The translations under genes and the position numbers were made by a program. From Bugula neritina (Eukaryota; Animalia; Bryozoa), in the NCBI GenBank assembly GCA_964035545.1, contig OZ037772.1:9913150-9977149 (forward strand): DNA of 64,000 nucleotides, given 5' to 3'. This document shows, one piece after another, positions 14,671 through 27,021 of this stretch (position 1 is the stretch's first letter; every line of letters begins with the position of its first letter). Below the pieces are notes generated by a model. The model was not told the DNA's origin and did no database searches. It worked only from the letters and a program-made list of their open reading frames with translations.

Positions 14671-16723
14671 CTAACCCTGTGTACATTTCCTAAAGAAATT
14701 AAAAGCCCATGACAAATGCGTTGAGCTACGAGCTATGGTAATGAACACTGCTATAATAACTCTCAGACTTATGTGGTTGTGCCGGCTGTACTCCTCATAT
14801 GGCTCTCCGTACATTTCAAATAGGTATCTATCGAAATCCTGCGTGTTAGAATTTAGCAATTAGATTCTTAAAGCTGTTTTTAAAATCGTTGGTCTAACTT
14901 GCAAACTATCTAATTACAGACAAATATTTAGGTCTTCGGAATCAAAATACAGTCACAACACAGACAAGGCAGTCTTAAAATAGCCCTACATTGTTTCCTA
15001 TTATTTTGAATGCCTATTAAATCTGCTTTTATAGTAATGTTACTAAAACATGGGTTTTACTCACATTGACGCCATGCCTGTGTAGAAAATATCTCATGCC
15101 ACTAGCAGCTATATAGTCACTTGACCAGGTGATGATCTGAAAGGCCCTTTCTGGTGAACCAGCCCTTAGAGCATGTATTGCCAGGTCTGAACAGCGGACT
15201 ACAACCTATAAGACAGTAGCTTCCTATTCTAGTTATACAAACTAGTCTATTAATGTTGTGACATTCAAATTGTTATGCATTCCTATAAATTTTCTCTGTT
15301 TTGTAGGATGTTTTATTTTTAAAAAAAAGTAGTGAATCATACATATCCAACTAGCGTGTATATGTTCGCAGGTGCATGTAGTGAGTGAGTTGGGGAGTGA
15401 GTGACTAAGCGAGTGTGTGATTGAGTGAGTGCGATTGAGTGAGTGTGAGTGACTGAGTGAGTGAGTGAGTGAGTGAGTGAGTGAGTGAGTGAGTGAGTGA
15501 GTGAGTGAGTGCGAGTGATTGAGTGAGTGAGTGAGTGAGTGAGTGCGAGTGATTGAGTGAGTGAGTGAGTGAGTGAGTGAGTGAGTGAGTGAGTGAGCCA
15601 GTGAGCGAGCGAGTGAGTATGCTTGCAGGAGTGGGAGGGAGAGTGACTGTGTGTTTCCAAATCAAACTTGAGTAAATAATCAAGTTGCTCATCATAAATG
15701 GCATGCTATAACCAATACTCACCTCATATAACGTGTACCAGTCTACAGGCTCCATTAATATAGCACTACATACTTCACAAAGGTGTGAAAAAGCTCTGCA
15801 GTCTGATACAGATGGAGAGGTATGTTGGCTGCTTTGCAGAAACCATTCCAAATTGTTTATATCAGATGCCATCGTCATTTCTATAGACATACAATTTTTT
15901 AGAAGACTGGGATTATAAGATGCATGCTGTATACATGGAACTTTAGCTTTGTAGGTCATATGGTGTTAAAGAGACAGAAATAGTCTAGCGTTTTGAGCAT
16001 TTTCTCCATGATAAACTTATAGATAATTATTTTACATGAAAACCTTCAAGTCTCTTTACTATAAGCTTTTAAATGTTTGGGATACAAATGTACAAAGCCT
16101 CAGAACCTTACTTGTTGCATTAAGCTTGGCCACTGCACGTCTCAGTAAGTAACAGTCTTGCACCTCTGAGGCTAATATTTGCAGCTCTAAATAATCACTG
16201 GGATCCATTCCAAGTGACGTCACACTATAACACAATAATTTTCAAATCTGCAGTGTTGTGTACCCAGTGATTCAAGTGGTGTAATGGTTAGCACACTTGC
16301 TTGCAAGCCAGAGGGAAGTCTCAGGCTCAAATCCCAGTGGGGTGAAACCATTTTACAAAAACTTCCTTTTTTCAATTATCAAAAAGTTTGCTGATTATAA
16401 TATAAAAAATTACCAACAAAAGAATTTCACCTGCTAAAATATTACAACTGAACAGTTAGACTCAGAATATACTGTTGAGTAATTAGAAAATGAAATGTTT
16501 CTTTACAGAATATTTTAATAAATTATTAATTATTTTGGCTATAGAAGTAAATCATAGAATTTTGAATCCTACATTGAAATTAAGTAATTACCAGCTGTCA
16601 ATTTATATTTGATCAAAACATGCATATAAGGAGAAACACAACAAAATAATTATTTTCACGCTAAAAGTTAAATTACCTCTTCAGGAAGTAGGAAATGATC
16701 ACGTGTCTCGTTTGCAGAAGCAT
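14671..16723 (-). CDS. Bcl-2-family (Bax-like) gene 5, about 208 aa; exons 16723-16677, 16224-16112, 15880-15723, 15205-15065, 14838-14671
   Basis: MLLQTRHVIISYFLKS | VTSLGMDPSDYLELQILASEVQDCYLLRRAVAKL | ...ILMEPVDWYTLYE | VVVRCSDLAIHALRAGSPERAFQIITW...FLHRHGVN | DFDRYLFEM...VIIAVFITIARSSTHLSWAFNFFRKCTQG*. Confidence 0.9.
15380..15620. repeat. (GAGT)n tetranucleotide microsatellite in intron 3 of gene 5
   Basis: Directly visible. Confidence 0.95.
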
Positions 16724-18424
16724 GTTACTTGGTTACCACAGTTGCTGACTTAATTAGCCTTTTATGGGTCTATAAATGGTATGTTTCTATAGTATTGCTG
16801 CTGTTTAAACTTTTACTGACAACTTAAATATATAGTAAGTAACTTAGATATAGCAGCAAAAGCATTACCTATTCCAGATAAAGCTTTTGAATAAATTTTA
16901 GCAAAGCAAAGCTATAGCCAGTGTAGCTATAAAAAATTATTAGTAATATATTTTGCATATTCAAACTAAAATAATTTTTTAACTTTTGAAAAATTAAAAT
17001 TAAAACAATAATATGTTAAATTAACTTAGCTTAATATACACAAAACACATAAAAAGCATTGTGGTCAATAAATAAAAATATTATGTTAAATTATGCTTAG
17101 CTCATTTATTTATTAGATTAACAACATTGTGGTCAGTCAACAAAAACAAAGGGACATGATTTTTAAATTAGTGCGTGCCATATGCTAATAACTTCAAACA
17201 AAAACTACATTTTGGAATAAAATTAGAACTTTACTCAGTCAATATGTTGCCTTTTGTCTATAAGTTTAGTAACACTAACAATTTTTCTGCATTAAAAATG
17301 ATTGCCTTTTTAAACTGATTGCTAACAGTAAAAATTATATTGGTAAAGGAAATATTATATAATTAAAAATAATAGTAAATAGACATTGCTTTTTCAGAAT
17401 AGTGTTTCTTTTACACTTGATAATCAGCTATCAATAAAAGAGACATGTGGATAGACTTGAAAGGCATTAATAGTATATGGTGTGTCATTATGATGAAAAT
17501 CGATTGTTTATACATACATTTTTTTCTGCAGAATGCTTTAAAATAACGTTTTTTCATGCGAAGATTATTAGTGAGACTTCCCTTTAAATATTGGTGTCAT
17601 CTTAGATAGACGCGTCTTAGTTAGAGGCTTTTGTTATTTTGGTGCAATATATACATATTTTATGGGCAATTTATTTGATTATTATTGAAATAAATGTATA
17701 TTTAAATGAACTTGGATTAATTGTTTGCTATTTAGCACATAAATAAATTCATTTGAGTTGCATTAAGTTAATAATTTTGCGTATTCCATACTTTTTGTTG
17801 TTTGAAAAAATATTCCATTAATAAGTATTCATTAAAAATAGTGTCTATTATTATTGTATTACTGTTTTTTGCCCCACAAAAATGTTTTTTTCTATAATAA
17901 TGTGTAGTAAAGATTATCTATCTAAAGTCATCTTTTATAAGGTTCATATATTTTGCAAAGACATTAAAAATTTATCTCCACCTATGAATAAGATGCATAA
18001 AGCTTGAAAAAAGCAATAATTGTTTTGAAATATATTAGTAAATATAATTTTTTAGTGATGCATAAACAAATACCGGTAAAAAAAATTACTCTCTTTATCA
18101 AATAAATCACTAATTATACAACAAACAAGATTTCTGCAAAAAATCAGATATTAAAAATTAATCAGTTAAGATGTAGATGTGTTATTTTTTCAGTTTCTAT
18201 TATAAATATATAATATTTAAGGCTATAAATGCAGGTTTTGGTATAGGAAGAAAAATTTTCAACTTAAAATTTGATCATTAGAAACAGCTACAAAAATAGC
18301 TTTAAAGCTACTATATATATTATAGCAAGATACAAGCTATAAGACTGTCAGGTTGCAAGAAACTGAGTTCTGGTAGAAACTCTCTGAAGGTGACATAGTA
18401 GATCTAATTGAAGTAGAAGTAGAA

Positions 18425-21412
18425 ATGCCTTTACAAACTAATCAAGTGCTCACTGCCTATTTACTTGAGAGGTGAGAATAGTTTTAACTCTTTATTATCT
18501 GTACGGAAAACTGACACAATGTTAATTGAATTAAAACAATCAAACACATGTATAGATGTTTATTTATTATCTTTTAGTTGCTTTATGTCTAATGTTACAC
18601 TTTTTATAAACAGTTATGATTAACTTCTACAACTTGCATGAATTCATATTCATAGTAAAAACAGCTGACTGGAAGAAGTCTTCAAAGTTATTCTTGTTAC
18701 CATTTGTGCAAAAAACAATTATGATTGAATATTTATTTGAGCAACATTATAACTGCTTTTGTTAGATTAGGAAACAATTTCCTTTCCAATACAAGATTTA
18801 ATTCACTGTAATTCTGTAGGTTAAGCGATGTTGGACTAAACCCAGAGTACTATCCACGCTTCCAGAGGTTATCTGCCAAAGTTGAGGACACCTACGAGCT
18901 GAGAGAAGTCGTGAGAAAGTTGAAAACATCAAGTAGGTTCTTAATTTACTAGCATTCGATGTGACATTCGTTTACTATAGCATTCACTGTGACATCCATT
19001 TTCTATGCATTCACTGTAAGATTCACTCTGACATTCACTCTGACATTCATTTACTATGCATTCACTGTAAGATTCACTGTAACATTCACTGTGATATTCA
19101 CTGTGACATTAGTTTACTATAGTATTCACTAATATGACATTTACTGCGTTTCTATAAGCCTGAAATTTTGATTGAATTTTCTCTCTGAGGTCTAAAAACA
19201 GTTGCATGGAAAGAAACTACAATCATAAGTTTATGCAAACTACAACAACAAATTTATCCATTCAAACATCAATTTGAAATAGAGAAGCATACACTGCATG
19301 TATTTCCATGACGTTATATTCAAATGAATGCCCTTAGATTAATTGCGGTTTGTGGTTTGCATTAACTTATATAGTTGAGTTTCATTTGATGTAACTACTT
19401 TTATTAGCCATTATTGCATTATGCAATAAAAAAATTCATGGCATAATGCAATAATGGATATTGAAAAGTTGTATAGCAATGCATCATAACAATATATAAA
19501 TTCTTCTATTTTACAATATATCTAGGACCTGCTGTGGTTGGCGCAACGTATTACATCAACTTGGACGACTCCACAGAAGTAGTTTTTAAATCTGAATGGT
19601 ATGCCCGGTTGTATGTTAGGAGAATGTGCAATCACGTCTTTACACCTGAACAGTATACCTGGAAGAACCTGATCAAGGTGAAGGTCAAATTATCATCCTC
19701 TTGTTATTTAAACAACGAGTAAACCAAGAAATTGTGTTTAAATGTTGACTTTGAGTCATTTGATGTTATTATGACCAATCTATGTTAAAATATGAATCAA
19801 AATTGTTAACATGAATATAATATAATCCTTATAAGAGAACAAGACAAAGCAGAGATAGATGAAGATTAAATAATTATATTATACTCATTACGTACTTGTA
19901 AAAGCATTTTAAAATATGTTTGCTAATTATTTCTATGTTTATAAGTAGACTGTGTAATGACAGACATGTTGAATTATAATTTTTGTAGCTACATTAATAT
20001 AATATATTTAGTGTGGAATTTACCCAGGCAGAGGTCTGTGGTTCGAATCCCGGTGGGGGCAATTATTTTACATTATATACACATTGAAAAGTTGGTGCTA
20101 AAAGATTTTATTAATTAAATACTTGTTAATAATTTTATTTAAACCTCCAAATTATTAATGTGTTCAAAAATAACATGAACTACTGTTTACTCAACAAAAT
20201 TCTAAATAGGTGTGTTTCTTTGTATACCACTCAATGTCTTAACATTAATCTTTAGTGTTCTTAAATTTGGTCACTTGTTTCAGACTTTATATAAATTATC
20301 AAACTGAAAAACAAAATTTAAAAACGCATTTGTCTTAACTTATGTATTTAACTTTCAGGCTGTGCTTTTTGTTACGGATGTGGGAGTGAAAGCTCTTGAG
20401 AATGGCAAGCCACAAACAACTATAGCCTTGATAAACGCTCTTGCCTCTTTTCTAAACAAACGTAGGGCTAAGGAAATACTTGCCAATGCTGGAGGATGGG
20501 TGAGTATATTTAAAATTATTATATATTTATTCAATTTCATGCTTTCATATAATATATTATATCTCTCCTGCTTTTACATATTCTAGCCCTTAACTGTATT
20601 TGTATGTGAAATGCATTTGAACAACTTTTTTTCTAACTCACATCAAAAACTTTGGGTTCTACTCAATATTTGGGCTACAAAGATGTTTTTCCAAGCAAAA
20701 AAAATCTAGTTTTTACCTGAATTTTGGAAAGCTTTACCATTATTAAAGTAAAAATTTTCTGGGTCAAGTTTGCTTTATTAAAGTTCTCATTGTGCGTTTT
20801 CTGTAAACTAAATACACTTCAATTATAGTACATTTGCATGATAGTTTAAACAACTTGATTTAAGAGTGGAAAAATGTTATATTGAAATCTTCTTAAATAA
20901 AAAACTATTAAATTCCAACTTTAATCGCAGCAAATTGAATATTTTTATATTGAAACACTATCTTGTGTGATTATACAAAAAACTCAAGTTTTCCATTTCT
21001 AATTGAAAATGAATTAACAAAAAATTAAAAAGAAGTTATTCTACAAACTGTTAAAAAGCCCTGCCCAGTTTACTGACATTTTTTCTTTAGTTTTACCTTT
21101 CAACTTTACCTGTTTTGCAAAACAGGTAGACGCCAATTTAATATTAGAATAAAAATTGACCTATAGTATTGTTATATTAACAATCAAGTGCTGCATTTTT
21201 ATACTAAAATTAGAAATTTATAATCACAATTTTTTTTCTTTGTATTGCATTTTTTTTCGAATTGTTAGGAGAGCCTTCCTATCATTGAACACGAGCAAGA
21301 AGAAGAAAGCTTGCCAGACTTCGTATATCGAATGTCACTCGCCATCTTTGTGTGGACAGCAACCATGGTTGTAGTGTCCAAGTTAGTTCAATTCTACAGA
21401 GAAAAATCCTAA
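18425..21412 (+). CDS. Bcl-2-family (Bax-like) gene 6, about 198 aa; exons 18425-18471, 18820-18932, 19526-19677, 20359-20499, 21269-21412
   Basis: MPLQTNQVLTAYLLER | LSDVGLNPEYYPRFQRLSAKVEDTYELREVV | ...HVFTPEQYTWKNLIK | AVLFVTDVGVKAL...ILANAGGW | ESLPII...MSLAIFVWTATMVVVSKLVQFYREKS*. Confidence 0.9.
18950..19145 (+). repeat. Degenerate ~12-bp minisatellite (CATTCACTGTGA) just after the exon-2 donor of gene 6
   Basis: Directly visible. Confidence 0.85.
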
Positions 21413-23240
21413 GTTCCTTGTTAAAATGAATGTAATTATTAGCAATGTTGCTCTTATGTAAATATATACTAGTTTTTGTGATATTTTTGTCCAAATCTCT
21501 TATGCACTTTGACATGAAATGGAAATAAACTTAAATAAAAACTTTCAACTGCTCTTTCTGCTCATAATATATAAAGGTCATTTGCTGACAAATCTGTTAC
21601 ACCTATAACAATAATTCCTTGCTGAAATAAAATTATACAAAAAGAAAGTTGCACAAATTTAAACATTCGACACATGCATTGATAAATTTATCTACCATTT
21701 AAAATTTAATTGCTTGAAAAGCTTAAATATGCTGTTTTATTTCACCAGGTGTGAAAGTTATTATCAGACAATTTTTAGGCAATTTATTTATATTTTCTAG
21801 CATAGCCTGTAATAAATCTTGAAACATAGAAATTTTATTTGGAAGTTGTATTTTCATACTTTTTTCTTATAACTCTTCCAGCTTTTTTAAGAAAAATTCT
21901 GCTAACAGTCATTCAAATATAAAACATTTTTTGTTGCAAAAAATATTAGTTTATTATGTTTTATCTATTATAAATTTAAAATTCTTGAAGCACTCCTTGA
22001 CTCAAAAATAAAATAGTTATTTATTTAAATTATGTAGCTAATTTTGTAAGCAAAGTTATATGGAGTAATTATACATGGGTTCCTTGTAAAGTTATATTTA
22101 AACTAAAATTAAAAAAGCATCAACTGTGATGTTTGTTCAAAATTAGTATATGTAAATTTATTCGTGGTTTTTAAAGTTATTTTAGTGACTTTCAAAGAGT
22201 TGCTGTGTAAATAAATTTAAAACTATCAAACAAAGATATTTTATTCAAAAACTGAATACAATTTGAGTAAACCGCTTTAATTTTCATACCTATAATTATA
22301 CTTGAATTTGTGTGACCAAATAAATTAATCAAAGCTCTACAAAGGCATAAAAAAAAAAGATAGTGGAAAGAAAGTTGAAAACAATTGATGTAATTTCCAA
22401 CACTTGTAGTTTGGTCAACTCCTGGTTAAAACTTTCATACCTGAAAAGCTCTATTTGCTCAACATTATACCTACCATATCAATCTTGTAATGATACAACA
22501 CGAATTGAAATATTCTTGAGTGCAATTTATTAGGCTATATACATAGGCATGCAACTTTAATTTTATTTGGTTATGCTAAAAAATAAATACTGAATTCTAT
22601 TTACTAGTTTTAATATATTTTTATGTATTTTTATTTAGCAACTATTTTGTTATTTAAACTGATTATAAAGAACTTCTGGAGCTTGGCTTTACACTTCTGA
22701 TGGTTGAAAACAATTTTTCCAGCTGTTTTTTTTTTTACTTTGGGTCAAAAGATATTATTTCAAAGTTGGAACATCTGTAATTTGTAAGGAGGGAAAATCA
22801 AACAGCTAAAATGCTGGTGAAAACAGTCAGAGTAATGTTGCACTGCTAGGTAATTGCTCTGCCGTCTTACAAAATATTCATAGCTGAATCAAGCTGTAAT
22901 TATGAGCTAAATAGGTTTTTAATGCTGCATTTTCTAAACTGTTACATTAGAAAGTTCTAGAAAAAATGCTATGCTAGCTCAAAGTTTACAATAGACTCCA
23001 ACAGAGCTTTTATGCACAGATGCAGATGCAGGAATAAAAATAGATTTTGTTTAGCTAAAAGAAAAGCTCGCACTTACGACACTGGGGGAACACTTTAATA
23101 GCATAAAATATCTTTTCTAAACTTGGTGAAAAAGGTAGTAAATAAAAAATACGAAGATCAACATCTCTTGACATCTTAGAAGATTATCAGGAAACAAGAA
23201 ATACAGAGAACAAGAAGAGTAGTATCTGGACGTCTACAAA

Positions 23241-26200
23241 ATGCCGATTGAATCAAAGGATGTCATAATTGCTTGTCTTTTAAAGAGGTAGGTTTGTGAA
23301 GAAGTTTCAAGTCACAGTTAGATGAATGATAACATATTCTTACTCATATTTAACTTTATAAGAACAATTGTATATTGTTTTGTTTTAAGTTGATTAATTT
23401 CTATGCTTGGCATTGCAACAGCAACATGTCTACAGGAGTTATGCTCCCAACATAGACTTGGGGGAGAAATTATTGCTATTAATTGTACTATTTATAGACT
23501 TTACCTTTAGATCAATCATCTGATGAGGCAGAAGGTGTTGTTTTTTTTTGCAGTTCATTTATATGAATTTAATAAGCTACAACTACCCCCCCCTTTTCCC
23601 CCTTAAATTTCTTCTTTTTATCTACAGATTTGGTGATTAGTTTTTTAATATTCTAGAATTGAACAATTGAAGATTAATTTAGCGGACTACCCAGAAATCC
23701 AAGCATTGGCCACAAGTACCCGGAATACCAGACTGGTGGGGAGAATCGCAGAGGAGTTTAATTCACCTAGTAAGGACCTGTCAAGAAGTAAGTAAATCTT
23801 TACCAGTAAGTAAATGTCCAAAAGTAAGTAAATCTTTAACAGTAAGAACCTGTCCAGAAGTAAGTAAACCCTTAACAGTAAGTAACTGTCCAGAAGTAGG
23901 TAACTGTCCAACAGTAAGTAACTCTTTAACAGCAAGTAAAAGTACATCAAGTAAGTCACTGCTTAAGAATAAGTAACAGTTTAACAGCTTAAGTAGCTGG
24001 TTTATAATGAATAGCTGTTTAACACCAAGTCACTAAGTCACTGTCCTCAACAGTAAGCCACCGTTCAACATTGAGTAACTATTCACTAATAAGTAACTGT
24101 ACATCAAGTAAGTAACTGCTTATCTAAAAATTTATTGTCTTGTTTCTTTCCGGTTTTTCTAAAAGATGGTAAAATATTTAATTAAAATTGAGCTCATTGT
24201 GTAATTCAATTAGCAAAAAATATTTCCATGTTCATAGTAGGGAGCAGACATGGTCTAGGGTTTAGAGCGTTTGCCTAGTAAACTCGAAGTCATGGGTTTG
24301 AACCCGACAAAGGCCATTGGGTGATGTTAGGAAAAGTATCCAGTCAAAATTGCTCCTGTACCTCATGTAAATAAGTCTATAGCCCGGTTTAACAAAAATT
24401 CTTTTATCAGGGGTTTCTCACAGGTTTGGTGACTATTAACTTGCACGAGTTTTTCTCACTACCCAAACAGGACAAAGCAGGAATAAGTGAAAGAATGTTT
24501 CCATGTTTATAGGAGAAGCTCTGCTAGGGTCAGGAAGTATTTTGAGTAGGCAAGTTGCCGTGTGTAGCAGACATATTCCGACAGTGAGGTTTTCTGTGGC
24601 CATTAGAAGAGCCATCAATTTCTTAGCAGAGAGGGTGTTCAACAATCACCAATACTACTCCTGGGATAATATCAACATTGTAAGTTCTTTAGTGATAGTG
24701 GTTTTAGCAGTTTTAGTATAATTGCATTTTTAGCCAATTATATAGAGTACGTGACTAAAATTAATATTTAAATCTTGTTTAATGGTACCTAGTTCAGTGC
24801 AATGAAATAATCTCAAAGTTGATTGCTACTTTGAATAGTTAAATAGTTTTGTTTATAAATGTGGGTACAATAAAAAATTTGGTACATCAACTTAGTTAAT
24901 TTTATGTTGTTGCATGACTTTTGTAGTATTAATAGCTTAGTTATTAAAATTCATTTAATTTATGTTACATTAAATTGGTATGCAAATTAAATTTAAAATA
25001 AATAAAGAAGTATTTCAAAATGTAAGTGAAAATATGTTTTTTTTATATTTGTTAGGTCGATCCTCATAAAACACCTGTAATTTAAGATATAACTATATAT
25101 AGATATATGCATATATTATTTTTATCTCTATTTAGTATATAGTAACGGCTACAGAAATAGCTATTGAGGTCTTGAGTAGAGATACAGAGCAAAGAGTAAT
25201 TCTAGTGATGCAGAGGATAGCAGACTACCTTAATAACAGTGAAGCTCGGGAATTCATAAGACTGTCCGGTGGTTGGGTAAGTGTGTAGTTATACAGAGAA
25301 AGTACATCATAATTATACTAATGTATTATGAGGTATATCATATATACTACTGTATTATGAATTACACTATATACACTACGGTATTATGAAGTACACCATA
25401 TATTATACTACTGTATTATGAGGTATATAATATATACTACTGTATTATGAAGCATTATTTTTATATTTTCTTTGCTAATCACCATCTTAAATCATCTGTA
25501 TGTACAGAGAATGTTTCAGCTGTATCTCAAATAAAACGCAGTCAGTCCTATATGAGACAAATTCAACCCTTGCATGTATATAGCTGTACAATCTTACATT
25601 TAGTTCTCTTGTTGCCTAATCAATCATCATTGAGATAATCAATTGAACTGCGCACTGTTTTCCATATACCTGATTGATACCAATGTTAGTCACTTCTTGT
25701 AATGTATATGTGTGTGCTTACAGGAGAGCTATCCTTATGTAACTGGCAACCAAGAACAACATTCTGTGGAAGCGGCAGCAGCTACTGAAGGGGCTGCAAC
25801 TGCCAGACGTTCTCCAACTGTCAAAGATTCTGCACTTGTTCAGGATTCTGCAGCTGCCCATGATGCTGCAGTTGCTAGGCAATATGCAGCTGCTATAAAG
25901 CAATCTGCAGCTGCTAAACAATCTGCAGTTGCTAGAAAATCTACCGTTGCTAAGAAACCCTCAGCTGCTAAAAATTCTGCAGCTGCTAAAGAATCTGCAG
26001 TTGCTAAAAATTCTGCAGTTTCGGAGAAATCTGCAGCTGGTAAAGATTCTGCATTTGCTCAGGAATCTGCAACTGTTAAAGATTCTAAAGTTGCTCAGCA
26101 AAATACAGTTGCTAAGCAATCTATGGTTGCTAAGAAATCTGCAGTTGCTAAGAAATCTGCAGCTGCTAAAGACCCTGCAGTTTTGAAGAAATCTGCAGTG

Positions 26201-26389
26201 CCTAGAAGCTCCAGAGTAGCTGAAAGCAGTGAAGCCGATACAATGCCTACAGCTGGTCAATACTTTGAAGCTACTCAAACTGCCTCAGAAGTAACCGATG
26301 CGGCACTATTTGTCGTAGCTGCAGCTGCTTTAGGAATTATTGCGTTGTTTAGAATACGTTCTTATTATGATAGATGGTCAAGATCATGA
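23241..26389 (+). CDS. Bcl-2-family (Bax-like) gene 7, about 377 aa, with an Ala/Lys/Ser hexapeptide-repeat linker before the tail anchor; exons 23241-23287, 23657-23769, 24513-24679, 25136-25276, 25724-26389
   Basis: MPIESKDVIIACLLKR | IEQLKINLADYPEIQALATSTRN | ...VFNNHQYYSWDNINI | YIVTATEIAIEVL...FIRLSGGW | ESYPYV...(AKKSAV-like x21)...AALFVVAAAALGIIALFRIRSYYDRWSRS*. Confidence 0.9.
23770..24120 (+). repeat. About 18-bp minisatellite whose units begin with GTAAGT, starting at the exon-2 donor of gene 7 and decaying toward the 3' side
   Basis: gtaaggacctgtcaagaa / gtaagtaaatctttacca / gtaagtaaatgtccaaaa / gtaagtaaatctttaaca, with alternating A/B unit types. Confidence 0.85.
24240..24445 (+). 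mobile_element. tRNA-derived SINE, family A copy
   Basis: TGGTCTAGGGTTTAGAGCG A-box, CATGGGTTTGAACCC B-box and the GTGATGTTAGGAAAAGTATCCAGTC core. Confidence 0.8.
25310..25452 (+). repeat. About 29-bp minisatellite (TACTACTGTATTATGA core) in intron 4 of gene 7
   Basis: Directly visible, about 5 copies. Confidence 0.75.
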
Positions 26390-26464
26390 TTCAACTTGTA
26401 TATCTAAACATGTTTTGTTTTTCTCTCACAATTTTTTTTCCATCAAACTCTCATAAAGAGTATG

Positions 26465-26765
26465 TTTAATTTTTGCAATCTTTACCATTTGGTGCAATAG
26501 TTAATTTTCAATTTTTTGGCAGAATATACAAATAAAAATTTATTACTTAAATATTATTACCATGTCAATAATTATATGTACAATTATAGAAACACTGCAA
26601 CATAGCATTATATTATATTAATTTAATTTTTGCAATCTTTACCATTTGGTGCAATATAGTTAATATTCAATTTCTTGGCAGAATACAAATAAAGAATTAT
26701 TACTTAAATATTATTATACCAATATTATTTTATTTGTACAATTATAAAGACATTGCAACATGGCC
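26465..26765 (+). repeat. About 157-bp imperfect direct duplication downstream of the gene 7 stop; each copy contains AATAAA
   Basis: TTTAATTTTTGCAATCTTTACCATTTGGTGCAATA occurs at about 26465 and again at about 26622. Confidence 0.85.
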
Positions 26766-27021
26766 ACTATAACATATTAGCATCAAGGCAGAATTAACTA
26801 TAAGCTATCATTTTGTAGCTTCATATGTATGTTATTAGTCTAAATCAGGCAAGCTAGCTAACTAAAATGGTTTCTCTGGAATTGCAGTTAAATATTTCTT
26901 GTGATTTTTAAAATTTAAGTGATGAAGCCATATTATAAAGATATATTATGATGTCATCAATAAATGCCATCATTGAATTAATTACCTTCATAACTGAAAG
27001 TTTGAAAGATCCAAAGATAAG

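Noticed and set aside
15337-15959. HSLT-repeat ORFs (107 and 184 aa)
   Set aside because: The (GAGT)n microsatellite read through from the real exon 15880-15723; only that exon is coding.
23687-23959. Leu/Tyr-rich 90-aa minus-strand ORF that looks LRR-like
   Set aside because: Antisense translation of the 18-bp donor minisatellite.
25718-26278. Overlapping LLRNLQ and CRFLSN repeat ORFs
   Set aside because: Alternative-frame and antisense shadows of the 18-bp coding repeat. Only the frame joining GGW to the tail anchor fits the gene.
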